Shown: positions 9,375 to 18,805 of the stretch, piece after piece
Position numbering within the stretch: position 1 is the stretch's first letter
How the letters are laid out: each line of letters starts with the position of its first letter
NCBI GenBank assembly: GCA_035474355.1
Contig: DATINK010000302.1
Span: 1 to 45,422 of the forward strand
DNA from: Chitinophagaceae bacterium
GTDB taxonomy: Bacteria > Bacteroidota > Bacteroidia > Chitinophagales > Chitinophagaceae
Direction of reading: 5' to 3'
DNA: 45,422 bases
Program-made: the position numbers and the translations under genes
Notes under the pieces: model-generated
The model's database searches: none
What the model saw: the letters and a program-made list of their open reading frames with translations, nothing else
Told to the model about the DNA's origin: nothing

Positions 9375-10292
9375 TTGGCAATAACATCAACCATACTGAT
9401 GATTCGCCCGGCTTCATTTGGGTATAATAATGAAACAGCGGTCAATAATTTCTTTCAATCCGATCCCCGGATGGCGGCAGAATTAGTACAGCAAAAAGCG
9501 CTGGAGGAATTTGATGAGATGGTCAGGATCCTGCGTGAAAACGAAATAGATGTGCTTGTGATAGACGACACACCGGAACCGGCAAAACCGGATGCCATTT
9601 TTCCCAATAATTGGATAAGTACTTCACCGCAGGGCACGATTTCTATTTATCCAATGTACGCCCCCAGCAGGCGAACAGAAAAAAGAGAGGACATCCTTCA
9701 GCAGCTGGCAGCAAAATTTATAGTGAAAGATCTGCAGGACTGGAGTGAATTCGAAGTAGAAGGCAGGTTTCTCGAGGGAACAGGAAGCATGGTCATTGAT
9801 CATGAAAACAAAATGATCTATGCTTCCGCATCGGAAAGAACCAGTATCCCGGTTTTGGAAAGATTTGCTACCGTAAATGGATACCAGGCCATTGTATTTA
9901 TTGCCACCGATCTGGAAGGAAGACCTATCTATCATACCAATGTGGTCATGACACTCGGCGAAGACTTTGCCATCTTGTGTGAAGAAGCCATCGATGAAGA
10001 ATGGGAGTTGATCGCCGTGAGGCAAATACTGGAATCTACTGGCCATATCATCATTCCGATCACGAAGGAACAAATGCACGCCTTTGCGGGGAATATGTTA
10101 CAGGTAAAAAATAAAAAGGGAGAAAAGATCCTGGTGCTCAGCCAGACAGCTTATCAATCCCTTAAAAAAGAACAGATCCGCATGTTGGAAGCTTATGCCA
10201 GGGTATTACCGATCGATGTGTCAACCATCGAACAGGTAGAGGGAGGAAGTGTAAGATGTATGATGACAGAGATTTTTTTACACAATAAATAA
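9375..10292 (+). CDS. arginine deiminase-related / citrulline utilization hydrolase CtlX-like amidinotransferase-fold protein
   Basis: 305 aa. ILMIRPASFGYNNETAVNNFFQ N-terminus, YHTNVVM, and a C-terminal catalytic-Cys motif GGSVRCMMTEIF. TTG start at 9375; ATG 9399 is an alternative. Confidence 0.8.
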   Translation: MAITSTILMIRPASFGYNNETAVNNFFQSDPRMAAELVQQKALEEFDEMVRILRENEIDVLVIDDTPEPAKPDAIFPNNWISTSPQGTISIYPMYAPSRRTEKREDILQQLAAKFIVKDLQDWSEFEVEGRFLEGTGSMVIDHENKMIYASASERTSIPVLERFATVNGYQAIVFIATDLEGRPIYHTNVVMTLGEDFAILCEEAIDEEWELIAVRQILESTGHIIIPITKEQMHAFAGNMLQVKNKKGEKILVLSQTAYQSLKKEQIRMLEAYARVLPIDVSTIEQVEGGSVRCMMTEIFLHNK

Positions 10293-10298
10293 TATAAT

Positions 10299-10673
10299 AT
10301 GAAATCACATTTGTTTAAAATCTGCATGGTACTAATCCCGGTTCTTTTCGCGTGTAATAATAAGAAAAATGAACCCGCAAAAGGGGATTGTCAGTACCGG
10401 GAGGCGGCATATCCCGCCCGGCTTATCGAACTGCTCGAACCTGCTGAAGGTTCGGGAAAAGAGGGTTTATTTGAAATTGATTTTTCCAGCAAGATGAAAT
10501 ATAACCCGAAGGATACAGTCAGTTATATGACGATCAACAAAAAACTTATTGCTGATTCAGAAATAGACAAAAACAAGGTTACGGTCGGGAAAATATACAA
10601 ATATGTTATAAGCACAAGTGAGGTACCGTTTTGTGAGCTCGTACTTCAACGCATTGAATTAACTGAATATTGA
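10299..10673 (+). CDS. hypothetical lipoprotein
   Basis: 124 aa. Signal peptide with lipobox LFAC. No recognisable domain. Confidence 0.6.
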   Translation: MKSHLFKICMVLIPVLFACNNKKNEPAKGDCQYREAAYPARLIELLEPAEGSGKEGLFEIDFSSKMKYNPKDTVSYMTINKKLIADSEIDKNKVTVGKIYKYVISTSEVPFCELVLQRIELTEY

Positions 10674-10675
10674 TC

Positions 10676-10818
10676 GGAGAACAAGGTTTGACTGTACTGG
10701 AAAAGGCTGGCGAAAGAAATGGTTACCAGCCATGGAGTTTATTGTCGCCGACAAGGATGGTCACACCATTTATCATACCAATGTTGTGATGACGGCGGGA
10801 GAAACAGTCACCGTTTTT
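10676..10818 (+). pseudogene. relic of a second CtlX-like gene (internal fragment with a 1-nt frameshift)
   Basis: GEQGLTVLEKAGERNGYQ (10676-10729) then, shifted one nucleotide, MEFIVADKDGHTIYHTNVVMTAGETVTVF (10732-10818). Colinear with SERTSIPVLERFATVNGYQAIVFIATDLEGRPIYHTNVVMTLGEDFAIL of the intact gene at 9375-10292. Confidence 0.55.
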
Positions 10819-11849
10819 TCCTTTTTTACCGTCATTCGTCCAATAGGATCAGTAAAAAGGCCATAGCCGGAAGCAGACAATAGTTTTTTCACTTCATCGA
10901 GAGATTCATCTTTTACGCTTATCAGCAATCCGCCGTTTGTCTGAGGATCCGGCAACAAAGTAAAAGCTTCCATAACATTTACACCTTTTTCAAATTTGAT
11001 CTTTTCGCTGTAGCCATTCCAATTCCGGGTAGTAGCATCGGGAAATATCCGTTGCGAAATATACTCCCGGACTCCCGTTGTCACGGGAATTTGATCGTAA
11101 AATAATTCTGCTGACAACCCGCTTCCTTCAGTCATTTCTATCAAATGTCCCAGCATTCCGAAACCTGTGATATCAGTCATGGCGGTAACCCCTTTTATTT
11201 TACCCAATTCTTCACCTATTTTATTCAGGGATGTCATTTGACCGATCATCTGGCTTACATGTTCTTCTTTTAGCAATCCTCTTTTTTGTGCAGTGGATAA
11301 AATACCAACACCAAGAGGTTTCGTGATAAATAAATGATCTCCTTCCTCAGCATTATTATTCTTTTTTAAATTTTCTATCGGAACTATACCCGTCACGGCG
11401 AGACCAAAAATGGGCTCAGGAGAATCAATACTATGCCCGCCAGCGAGGGGAATGCCAGCTTCTTTACAGATCATTCTTCCCCCTTCTATCACTTTTTGTG
11501 CGACGGAGGCATCCAGTTTCTCAATTGGCCAGCCGAGTATGGCGACCGCAAGCAATGGCTTTCCACCCATGGCATACACATCACTAATGGCATTTGCTGC
11601 AGCAATCCGTCCAAAATCCAGGGGGTCATCTACAATGGGGGTAAAAAAATCGGTGGTTGATATCAAGGCCATCCCATTTCCCAGGTCATATACAGCAGCA
11701 TCGTCTTTACTACTATTACCCACTAATAATTTATCGTTGTCTGGCAATGAAAGATTGCTCTTCAGGATCTCGTCGAGGATTTTCGGTGCGATCTTACATC
11801 CACAACCGGCACCATGGGAAAATTGTGTGAGTTTGACGACTTCATTCAT
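10773..11849 (-). CDS. selD: selenide, water dikinase (selenophosphate synthetase), Cys-type
   Basis: 358 aa. Active-site loop HGAGCGCKI (Cys codon, not TGA), DDAAVY, and TTDFFTPIVDDP AIR-synthase-like motifs. Confidence 0.9.
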   Translation of the reverse strand: MNEVVKLTQFSHGAGCGCKIAPKILDEILKSNLSLPDNDKLLVGNSSKDDAAVYDLGNGMALISTTDFFTPIVDDPLDFGRIAAANAISDVYAMGGKPLLAVAILGWPIEKLDASVAQKVIEGGRMICKEAGIPLAGGHSIDSPEPIFGLAVTGIVPIENLKKNNNAEEGDHLFITKPLGVGILSTAQKRGLLKEEHVSQMIGQMTSLNKIGEELGKIKGVTAMTDITGFGMLGHLIEMTEGSGLSAELFYDQIPVTTGVREYISQRIFPDATTRNWNGYSEKIKFEKGVNVMEAFTLLPDPQTNGGLLISVKDESLDEVKKLLSASGYGLFTDPIGRMTVKKEKTVTVSPAVITTLV

Positions 11850-11896
11850 TCGCCAAATCTCGATGAAATAAAGAGAATGAAAATAAAATTCAGAAA

Positions 11897-13507
11897 TTAC
11901 TTCTTGCGCCGGAAGATCACGGCTGCATTTTTCTGTAGATCCGCGCTAAAACGGATATTGTAAACTTCTTCCCCGTCATGCACAACCAGCAGGCCGGTAT
12001 TGGGCGGGTATTTTCCAAGATTTTCGGCATACAGGACCAGGGTGATCTCATCATCGATGGCCGAGCTCATATAAATTGTTTTTTTGATCGCGGAAGCCTT
12101 CAATCCTTGTTTGGGCATGATCACTTCTCCATTCAGGAATACACTCACAGTATCGCCATCTATCTCACCATTATCATAAAGGGCAAGTTCAAGACTGTCA
12201 GCTGAAACCATTACAGTTTGTGCGAAATCCGACTTCCTTCCCGCGACGATCGCTGAATGGGATTTGATTGTGTTTGTTTCAACCGGAACATTTGCTTTCA
12301 CGACAGCTTTTTCTGTCCCGGAGGACGGCTTGTTGAGAGCAACTGGTTGCGAACTGGTAGATATTGTCTTTTGTTTTTCATCGGTGGATGGAACATTCTT
12401 TATCCCCGTCAACTGGGTATCTTTTGTTGCCGGAATTTTTTTCTGGCTGTTATTTGTATTTGCAACTGCTTGTTTACCGGGATCAATGGTTTCTATTTTG
12501 CTATTGTTCGTTAATTTATTATCCTGTGCAGTTGTTTCATCTTTTTTCGGGGCAGCCACAAAAACAGCCCTGGCAGGATTAGCAACCACTGGAATATTGT
12601 TCGATGAGGAATTACTTAGATCCGGAGCTGGAGTAATCGTCATAGGCTCAGGGGTGGCCAATTTCTTTCCTGAATAAAATACTTCTTCGGGCTCAGTTTT
12701 CTTTGTTGAATCAGGAGAAGATTTTGGCAGTTCGATCTTTGTAAATCCCACATAGCTGGAAAGCTCAGGCTGGGTATTTTGTGTCAGGGTCTTTGATTCG
12801 ACATTAGACTGGATGACGGCTCCCTCTTTTTGTTGCAGGGTTAATACAGGCCTCGTATCCTTCGGAATATTTATGGCAGATTCATTTTGCCGGGATTCGA
12901 TTGCTAATTTATCCGCTTTTGTAAATACATGCATCATGGACTCGGCCTCTACCGTTTTTTGTATGGTCACATCTTCCAGCTTTTTCCTTTCCTTATAAAA
13001 AATAATTTCATCTGCCAGGTTCAGCTCTTCCAGGTGCGGAAATAGTTTTGATCTCGAAAGATCTTTTTCTTCTTTCAGGTCCACCTGGCCGGTGACTTTA
13101 TAATATTTCTTTGTTTGATTCGTGGTCCATTTTCCACCCAGTCGCCAAATACTATCCACGCTGCTCCTGTAAAAAGTGCTGGTCACTTTTACTCCTTTGT
13201 CAAGTTTAGTCGGGAAATTAAAGGAGACGATCTCGTCATCTTTCACTTCGCATTTATCTCCATCGATGACGCCCTTCACTCTTTTTACGATATAGTAAAG
13301 GGTATCATTGACAATGAATTCACTTCTTGAATAGCCTGACACCTTTCCGCGGTATTCAGTAAGTACGATCTCAAAGTATTGATCTTTACGTACGGAACTG
13401 CTATCATTCGTCAGTACTCCGGTATATAAACCAGTAAGGCTTTGTGAATAGAGCAAAAAAGGAAGGAAAATGAACAGGAGTATAAGCCTAAGGCTTTTGG
13501 GGGCCAA
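11897..13507 (-). CDS. hypothetical secreted protein with a long low-complexity linker, located between selU and selD
   Basis: The track ORF extends to a TTG at 13567, an 80-nt overlap with selU. An internal TTG at 13507 gives a clean signal peptide MAPKSLRLILLFIFLPFLLYSQS and only a 20-nt overlap. It has an N-terminal globular part, a roughly 250-aa S/T/P/K/N-rich linker and a conserved-looking C-terminal domain (DGDTVSVFLNGEVI...LLVVHDGEEVYNIRF). Confidence 0.6.
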   Translation of the reverse strand: MAPKSLRLILLFIFLPFLLYSQSLTGLYTGVLTNDSSSVRKDQYFEIVLTEYRGKVSGYSRSEFIVNDTLYYIVKRVKGVIDGDKCEVKDDEIVSFNFPTKLDKGVKVTSTFYRSSVDSIWRLGGKWTTNQTKKYYKVTGQVDLKEEKDLSRSKLFPHLEELNLADEIIFYKERKKLEDVTIQKTVEAESMMHVFTKADKLAIESRQNESAINIPKDTRPVLTLQQKEGAVIQSNVESKTLTQNTQPELSSYVGFTKIELPKSSPDSTKKTEPEEVFYSGKKLATPEPMTITPAPDLSNSSSNNIPVVANPARAVFVAAPKKDETTAQDNKLTNNSKIETIDPGKQAVANTNNSQKKIPATKDTQLTGIKNVPSTDEKQKTISTSSQPVALNKPSSGTEKAVVKANVPVETNTIKSHSAIVAGRKSDFAQTVMVSADSLELALYDNGEIDGDTVSVFLNGEVIMPKQGLKASAIKKTIYMSSAIDDEITLVLYAENLGKYPPNTGLLVVHDGEEVYNIRFSADLQKNAAVIFRRKK

Positions 13508-14675
13508 TAGGACTTTCCAGGGTGCTGGGCATAGTAGCTTTACGCAGGTATTGGGTTTGGCGGACAAGTTTCCGGGCGTTTTCAGGGGTTACGGACTTAC
13601 AATCAATTCTATATAATAACGCATCCAGGCTTTCCCGATTGTGTAAAGCCTTCAAATAATACTTGTCATAATAGGCCAATAAAATGCGAAAACAGCCTTC
13701 AATATCACCCCATTGTAAAAACTCAATGGCGTTTTTGGCATTTAATCCCCCCAGCTTTTCGCGGATCCTTTTGATAGCATCTGTCATTTTCTCCCGGTCG
13801 AGTGAACCATATTCGCTGATGATGTACTTCAATCTTTCTTCAAAAGGGATTTCCAGGAAATATAATGCTGATTGCCGCATTTGGTTCCAGATATCATTCG
13901 GAATATTTACCAGCCCGATGCGCTGGCTTTCATCTTCCAGCCAGATACCCCCAAGCCCCCTAAAGGGGGTAATCGAGATTTCTGTGTTTGACTGATCGCT
14001 TAACGCTCGCAATTCATGGTATAACAAGTTTTCAAACATTTCTTGTGAAGGTTGTGGTGGCAAACCGATATTTCCAAAGGCAGAACCTTTATGATTGGCG
14101 ATCGCTTCGAGGTCTACTACAAACGCTCCATCTTCTCGGAGTTTTTTTAACACTTCGGTCTTACCCGAACCTGTATATCCTCCAAGGATATTGAATTGAA
14201 AAGGACTTTTAAAAGTACCCAGCACATGATTCCGGAATTTTTTATATCCACCTAAGAGGGTATATACTTTGCATCCATAGAGGTCCAGCAACCACGCTAC
14301 GCCCGCGCTGCGCATACCACCCCTCCAGCAATAAAGCAATATGCAATCGGCAATGGGCAATTGTGCGTCATCTGGCTTTGCATTTTGCCGATTGCTTTTT
14401 GCCGATTGCTGATTGAGGATTGCCGATTGAACGTCTTCAATCATCTTATTCATCTTGGGTCCGAAATAATCAAGCCCGATCTTTATCGCTTTTTCGCGGC
14501 CCTCCTGTTTATATGCAGTGCCCACTACTTTCCTTTCTTCATCGGTAAACAAGGGGAGATTGAATGCCCCGGGGATATGGGCATGATTGTATTCACCCGG
14601 ACTCCTGACATCGATCACCGGATGTACTTTTGCCAGGGCCAGGAATCTTTCAATATTTATTTTTTCGACAGCCAT
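13488..14675 (-). CDS. selU: tRNA 2-selenouridine(34) synthase
   Basis: 395 aa. Rhodanese domain with active site CWRGGMRS, Walker A GGYTGSGKTE, and IWLEDESQRIG. Confidence 0.9.
   Translation of the reverse strand: MAVEKINIERFLALAKVHPVIDVRSPGEYNHAHIPGAFNLPLFTDEERKVVGTAYKQEGREKAIKIGLDYFGPKMNKMIEDVQSAILNQQSAKSNRQNAKPDDAQLPIADCILLYCWRGGMRSAGVAWLLDLYGCKVYTLLGGYKKFRNHVLGTFKSPFQFNILGGYTGSGKTEVLKKLREDGAFVVDLEAIANHKGSAFGNIGLPPQPSQEMFENLLYHELRALSDQSNTEISITPFRGLGGIWLEDESQRIGLVNIPNDIWNQMRQSALYFLEIPFEERLKYIISEYGSLDREKMTDAIKRIREKLGGLNAKNAIEFLQWGDIEGCFRILLAYYDKYYLKALHNRESLDALLYRIDCKSVTPENARKLVRQTQYLRKATMPSTLESPIGPQKP
13947..13970. repeat. solo copy of the MITE terminus-like sequence, in frame inside selU
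   Basis: ACCCCCAAGCCCCCTAAAGGGGGT. On the coding strand this is CCCTTTAGGGGGCTTGGGGG, versus the element terminus CCCTTTAGGGGATGGGGG. It encodes PFRGLGG just before IWLEDES. Confidence 0.45.
14343..14430. repeat. cluster of the 11-mer TTGCCGATTGC (three direct, one inverted) inside selU
   Basis: Direct copies at 14385-14395, 14399-14409 and 14420-14430 (last base differs). Inverted copy GCAATCGGCAA at 14343-14353. Spacings of 14 and 21 nt place the copies in different reading frames. Confidence 0.7.
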
Positions 14676-14735
14676 TCTTGCCGAAGCTTAAAGTCTAAGG
14701 TTTAAGGTTCGTATCCACAAAAAACTTTAAACATT

Positions 14736-14764
14736 AAAAAAGCCTTCCCGTTTACCAGAAAAGC
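14736..14764 (-). terminator. possible intrinsic terminator downstream of rho
   Basis: Minus-strand RNA GCUUUUC-loop-GGGAAGGC (7 bp including 2 G-U pairs) followed by UUUUUU. The stem is weak. Confidence 0.3.
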
Positions 14765-14786
14765 TTTTCAAGAATATTCAATTTCA

Positions 14787-16451
14787 TTAACTGTTCATGC
14801 TCGCCAGGAACTCTTCATTGCTTTTTGTTCCACGCATACGGCGGAGCAATTCATTCATTGATTCTTCCGTATTCATATCCGTCAGGTAAACACGAAGCAG
14901 GTTCATGCGCTGCAGCACATCTTTTTCAAGCAGCAGGTCGTCGCGCCGGGTAGAGGAAGCCGTGAGGTCGATGGCCGGATAGATCCGTTTGTTGGATAGC
15001 CTGCGGTCCAGTTGCAATTCCATATTACCGGTTCCCTTGAATTCCTCGAAGATCACCTCGTCCATTTTACTTCCGGTATCTACCAGCGCGGTGGCGATGA
15101 TGGTGAGAGAACCGCCGAATTCAATTTTACGCGCGGCCCCAAAGAATTGCTTGGGTTTTTGCATGGCGTTTGCTTCCACACCACCGGACAATACTTTACC
15201 GCTCGCAGGAGCTACCGTATTATGTGCACGCGCTAAACGCGTTATTGAATCCAGGAGAATGACAACGTCATGACCACACTCTACGAGACGTTTTGCTTTT
15301 TGCAGCGCCATCGTAGAAACTTTTACGTGCTTTTCTGCGGGTTCATCAAATGTAGAAGCGATCACTTCTGCTTTCACGCTTCTTTCCATATCGGTTACCT
15401 CCTCAGGCCTTTCATCTACAAGAACGACCATCAGGTAACATTCCGGGTGATTTTCAGCAATGGCATTGGCCACCGCTTTCAGTAACATGGTCTTACCCGT
15501 TTTAGGCTGCGCAACGATCAATCCCCTTTGTCCTTTACCGATCGGCGTAAACAGATCCATGATCCGCGTGGAATAATCATTCGGCAGCGTGAACAGGTTC
15601 ATTTTTTCAAACGGGAACAAAGGTGTCAGGTAATCAAAAGGCACACGGTCACGGACTTCTTCCGGGCTCTTGCCATTGATCGTATCCACCTTGAGCAATG
15701 CAAAATATTTTTCTCCTTCCTTGGGTGGTCGCACTGCACCATGAACCGTATCTCCTGTTTTCAAACCAAATAATTTGATCTGCGACGGAGAAACATACAC
15801 GTCGTCGGGAGAGGATAAATAGTTATAATCGGAAGAACGAAGGAAGCCATAGCCATCGGGCATCATTTCCAGCACACCTTCTGAAAGTATTACACCATCG
15901 AATTCAATGTTAAAAGCCTGGTCGCGGCGCTGCGGGTAAAATTTGTTCTGTGCATTGTTGGATGCGTCCGTAGCAGATGCGCCGGGCTCGGCAACCATTT
16001 CACCGGATTGTGATTCTGCATTTCCACCGTTCTCTCCGCTCACTTCTTCTGTTTCAGCTGACTCGTTGCCAGTCTGACCGGGATCAGCATCTTTTTCATC
16101 CGGTTTTTTACGTACTTTTTTCAAAGGCGTTTTGTCGACAATAGGTTCAGGGCGGGTTTCTTTTTTCACAGCCATTGGAGGGTTTTTTATAATTTTTTTC
16201 TCGTCGCCATTGCTTTCCACAACAGCTTCTTCGGTACTATTGCTCGTTGAGGTTTTGATAATACGTTTGCGTTTTCCCTTATCATCATTATTATTAGCGG
16301 CAGACTTTGCGCCGGCGATCGCCTGGTTATCCAGGATCTTATAAACCAGGTCTTTTTTTCCTAATTTTTTAGCGTTGGGGATCTTGAGCTGCTCAGCTAT
16401 ATCCAGCAGTTCAGGAACGAGCATATCGTTCAGTTGAAGAATATCGTACAT
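14787..16451 (-). CDS. rho: transcription termination factor Rho with long N-terminal insertion
   Basis: 554 aa. Rho_N ([22 protein letters not shown]), a roughly 130-aa low-complexity insert, an RNA-binding CSD ([12 protein letters not shown]) and Walker A QPKTGKT. Confidence 0.95.
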   Translation of the reverse strand: MYDILQLNDMLVPELLDIAEQLKIPNAKKLGKKDLVYKILDNQAIAGAKSAANNNDDKGKRKRIIKTSTSNSTEEAVVESNGDEKKIIKNPPMAVKKETRPEPIVDKTPLKKVRKKPDEKDADPGQTGNESAETEEVSGENGGNAESQSGEMVAEPGASATDASNNAQNKFYPQRRDQAFNIEFDGVILSEGVLEMMPDGYGFLRSSDYNYLSSPDDVYVSPSQIKLFGLKTGDTVHGAVRPPKEGEKYFALLKVDTINGKSPEEVRDRVPFDYLTPLFPFEKMNLFTLPNDYSTRIMDLFTPIGKGQRGLIVAQPKTGKTMLLKAVANAIAENHPECYLMVVLVDERPEEVTDMERSVKAEVIASTFDEPAEKHVKVSTMALQKAKRLVECGHDVVILLDSITRLARAHNTVAPASGKVLSGGVEANAMQKPKQFFGAARKIEFGGSLTIIATALVDTGSKMDEVIFEEFKGTGNMELQLDRRLSNKRIYPAIDLTASSTRRDDLLLEKDVLQRMNLLRVYLTDMNTEESMNELLRRMRGTKSNEEFLASMNS

Positions 16452-16698
16452 ACAAAAATCTTGAGGTTTAGCACTGAGCTCCTTTCACCGGTCTAATGTC
16501 AGAAAACGTTCTGCGTTTATTTGAATGGGGTTGGGTAAATACTGGTAAGCTGAGGAAAATGAAAGGTACTTATCAGCCTGTTTCCACTACAATAATACGG
16601 CGAAATCCTCAAAAACCAAAATTTTAGCGCCCGGCCTAGTGGCTGATTGCCTTGATTTTAACGCGATAGCGGCCTTCCCTAGAATCGCCGGCGAACCT

Positions 16699-16706
16699 TA
16701 CCTTTG
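16699..16706 (+). promoter_or_regulatory. -7 promoter box TACCTTTG for asnS
   Basis: Exact TAnnTTTG 32 nt upstream of ATG 16739. Confidence 0.4.
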
Positions 16707-16738
16707 CCTCCCGATAATGAGGGCAAAACTGCCGGTAA

Positions 16739-18187
16739 ATGTTTAACAAAAGAGTAAAAATAAAAGACCTGCTTTCCCTGGATTCCATCCCTGATTCAGG
16801 GGCGGATATAACAGTTATGGGATGGGTGCGTAATTTTCGCAATAACCAATTTATCGGGTTGAACGATGGCTCCACCAACAGCAATTTACAAGTGGTAGCA
16901 GAACTTGGAAAGTTTGAAGATGCGTTATTGAAAAGATTTACAACCAGCGCCGCATTAAAAGTCACCGGTAAGCTTGCAGCTTCTCCCGGGAAGGGGCAAA
17001 AATGGGAGTTGAGGGCCAGTCACATTGAGGTTTTGGGAGACAGCGATGCGGAAAAATATCCCTTACAACCCAAGAAACATAGCCTTGAATTTCTGCGCGA
17101 GATCGCACACCTGCGGTTCAGGACAAACACATTCGCATCCGTTTTTCGTGTCAGGCATGCTTTGGCTTACGCGGTTCATAAATTCTTTAATGAGAAAGGA
17201 TTTGTGTACATGCATACACCGATCATCACGGCGAGCGACGCGGAAGGTGCCGGCGAAATGTTCAAGGTCACTACACTTCCGTTTGATAATACACCTCGTA
17301 ACGAAGACATGTCGATCAACTTCAAAGAAGATTTTTTTGGCAAGGCAACCAACCTTACGGTTAGTGGCCAGTTAGAGGGTGAGCTGGGGGCTACAGCATT
17401 GGGAGATATTTATACGTTCGGTCCTACATTCCGCGCGGAAAATTCAAATACGGCCAGGCACCTGGCTGAATTCTGGATGATCGAGCCGGAAATGGCATTT
17501 TATGATCTCGATGACAATATGGATCTCGCGGAAGAATTTATAAAATACATTATCCGCTACGCGATGGATCAGAACAGGGAAGACCTGGAGTTCTTATCGC
17601 AAAGGCTTACTGAAGAAGAAAGCCAGCTGCCACAGGAAAAGCGCAGCGAGATGGGCTTGCTTCAGAAACTTGAATTTGTTTTAAATAATCAGTTTGAGCG
17701 GATCTCTTATACCGAAGCCATTGACATTCTCCGCGAGAGCCCGGCTAACAAAAAGAAAAAATTTCAATACCCTGTCACCGGATGGGGAATGGATCTGCAA
17801 AGCGAACACGAAAGATACCTGGTGGAAAAGCATTTTAAAAAACCAGTCATACTCACGGGTTACCCCAAAGAAATAAAAGCGTTCTACATGCGGCAGAATG
17901 ATGATGGTAAAACGGTCGCCGCCATGGATATACTTGCACCAGGCATTGGCGAGATCGTTGGCGGATCACAACGGGAAGAAAGATTAGACAAGCTGGAACA
18001 AAGAATGAAAGAAATGAATGTGCCCGTTGCCGAAATGTGGTGGTATCTTGATACAAGACGATATGGAACCGTCCCACATGCAGGATTCGGATTGGGTTTT
18101 GAAAGAATGGTACAGTTTGTTACCGGCATGAATAATATCCGCGACGTGATCGCATTTCCTCGTACGCCGAAGAGTGCGGAGTTTTAA
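16739..18187 (+). CDS. asnS: asparagine--tRNA ligase
   Basis: 482 aa. Class II aaRS motifs ([31 protein letters not shown]) and an AsnRS-type C-terminus [11 protein letters not shown]. Confidence 0.95.
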   Translation: MFNKRVKIKDLLSLDSIPDSGADITVMGWVRNFRNNQFIGLNDGSTNSNLQVVAELGKFEDALLKRFTTSAALKVTGKLAASPGKGQKWELRASHIEVLGDSDAEKYPLQPKKHSLEFLREIAHLRFRTNTFASVFRVRHALAYAVHKFFNEKGFVYMHTPIITASDAEGAGEMFKVTTLPFDNTPRNEDMSINFKEDFFGKATNLTVSGQLEGELGATALGDIYTFGPTFRAENSNTARHLAEFWMIEPEMAFYDLDDNMDLAEEFIKYIIRYAMDQNREDLEFLSQRLTEEESQLPQEKRSEMGLLQKLEFVLNNQFERISYTEAIDILRESPANKKKKFQYPVTGWGMDLQSEHERYLVEKHFKKPVILTGYPKEIKAFYMRQNDDGKTVAAMDILAPGIGEIVGGSQREERLDKLEQRMKEMNVPVAEMWWYLDTRRYGTVPHAGFGLGFERMVQFVTGMNNIRDVIAFPRTPKSAEF

Positions 18188-18598
18188 TTATTCCTGGTTG
18201 AATTTCGCCCGGTAAACTTTTGTCTTAAGCAGGAATGCCAACGCCTTATCCGGATCGTTTAAATTTAAAGTGGTCGCATACCGGTCGGCAGCAATCGTGA
18301 TGGCAGAATATATCCCCACCAATTCAAATGAATGATCGGTATAAGGTTCATCATGAGGTCTTTTTTTATCTGCAACCCATGCATCAGTGATTTTTTCTAA
18401 AGCTGCCAGGATAGAAGCTTCATCTTTCAGGTTCGCGGTATCAATAACAGGCACAACCCCGTCTTTGGATCCGGTAGTGGTCGTCGTTGTTGTGGTAGAA
18501 CCGGTATTTTCTTTATTTTTTTTGTCCTTACTTCCACAGGAAGCAAGAAACAGAAATGAGGTAAAAATGCTGAGGTAAAAGAAATGTCTTGGTTTCAT
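18188..18598 (-). CDS. hypothetical lipoprotein with poly-Thr tract
   Basis: 136 aa. Lipobox LASC and a T8 run. No recognisable domain. Confidence 0.6.
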   Translation of the reverse strand: MKPRHFFYLSIFTSFLFLASCGSKDKKNKENTGSTTTTTTTTGSKDGVVPVIDTANLKDEASILAALEKITDAWVADKKRPHDEPYTDHSFELVGIYSAITIAADRYATTLNLNDPDKALAFLLKTKVYRAKFNQE

Positions 18599-18805
18599 GG
18601 CAGTTTTTTTTGGTACTATAAGATACAGGTCTTTGCAAAGATCCTAAGCTGGGAAATCTACTGAATCCAGATATCTGATTAGACTAGTTATCCACATTTC
18701 CATTCGCCCTTAAAATATTTTTATTTATATATTTTTAATTATATAATTGATTTATAATAATTTAACATAAGTAACGACTCACAATAGCGGCAATAATAGT
18801 ATTAA

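Noticed and set aside
14343-14430. The 11-mer cluster as a mini CRISPR or other array.
   Set aside because: The repeat is only 11 nt with spacings of 14-21 nt, lies entirely inside an intact CDS, includes an inverted copy, and has no cas genes nearby.
16628-16700. GC-rich stretch GCGCCCGGCCTAGTGGCTGATTGCC... that superficially resembles a tRNA 5' half.
   Set aside because: I could not fold a cloverleaf. The 3' end is not complementary to the 5' seven nucleotides, and there is no GTTCGAATC-type T-loop on either strand.
16636-16965. 109-aa minus-strand ORF spanning the asnS promoter and start.
   Set aside because: It overlaps the asnS 5' end and its TAnnTTTG box. It has no promoter box of its own and no recognisable motif.
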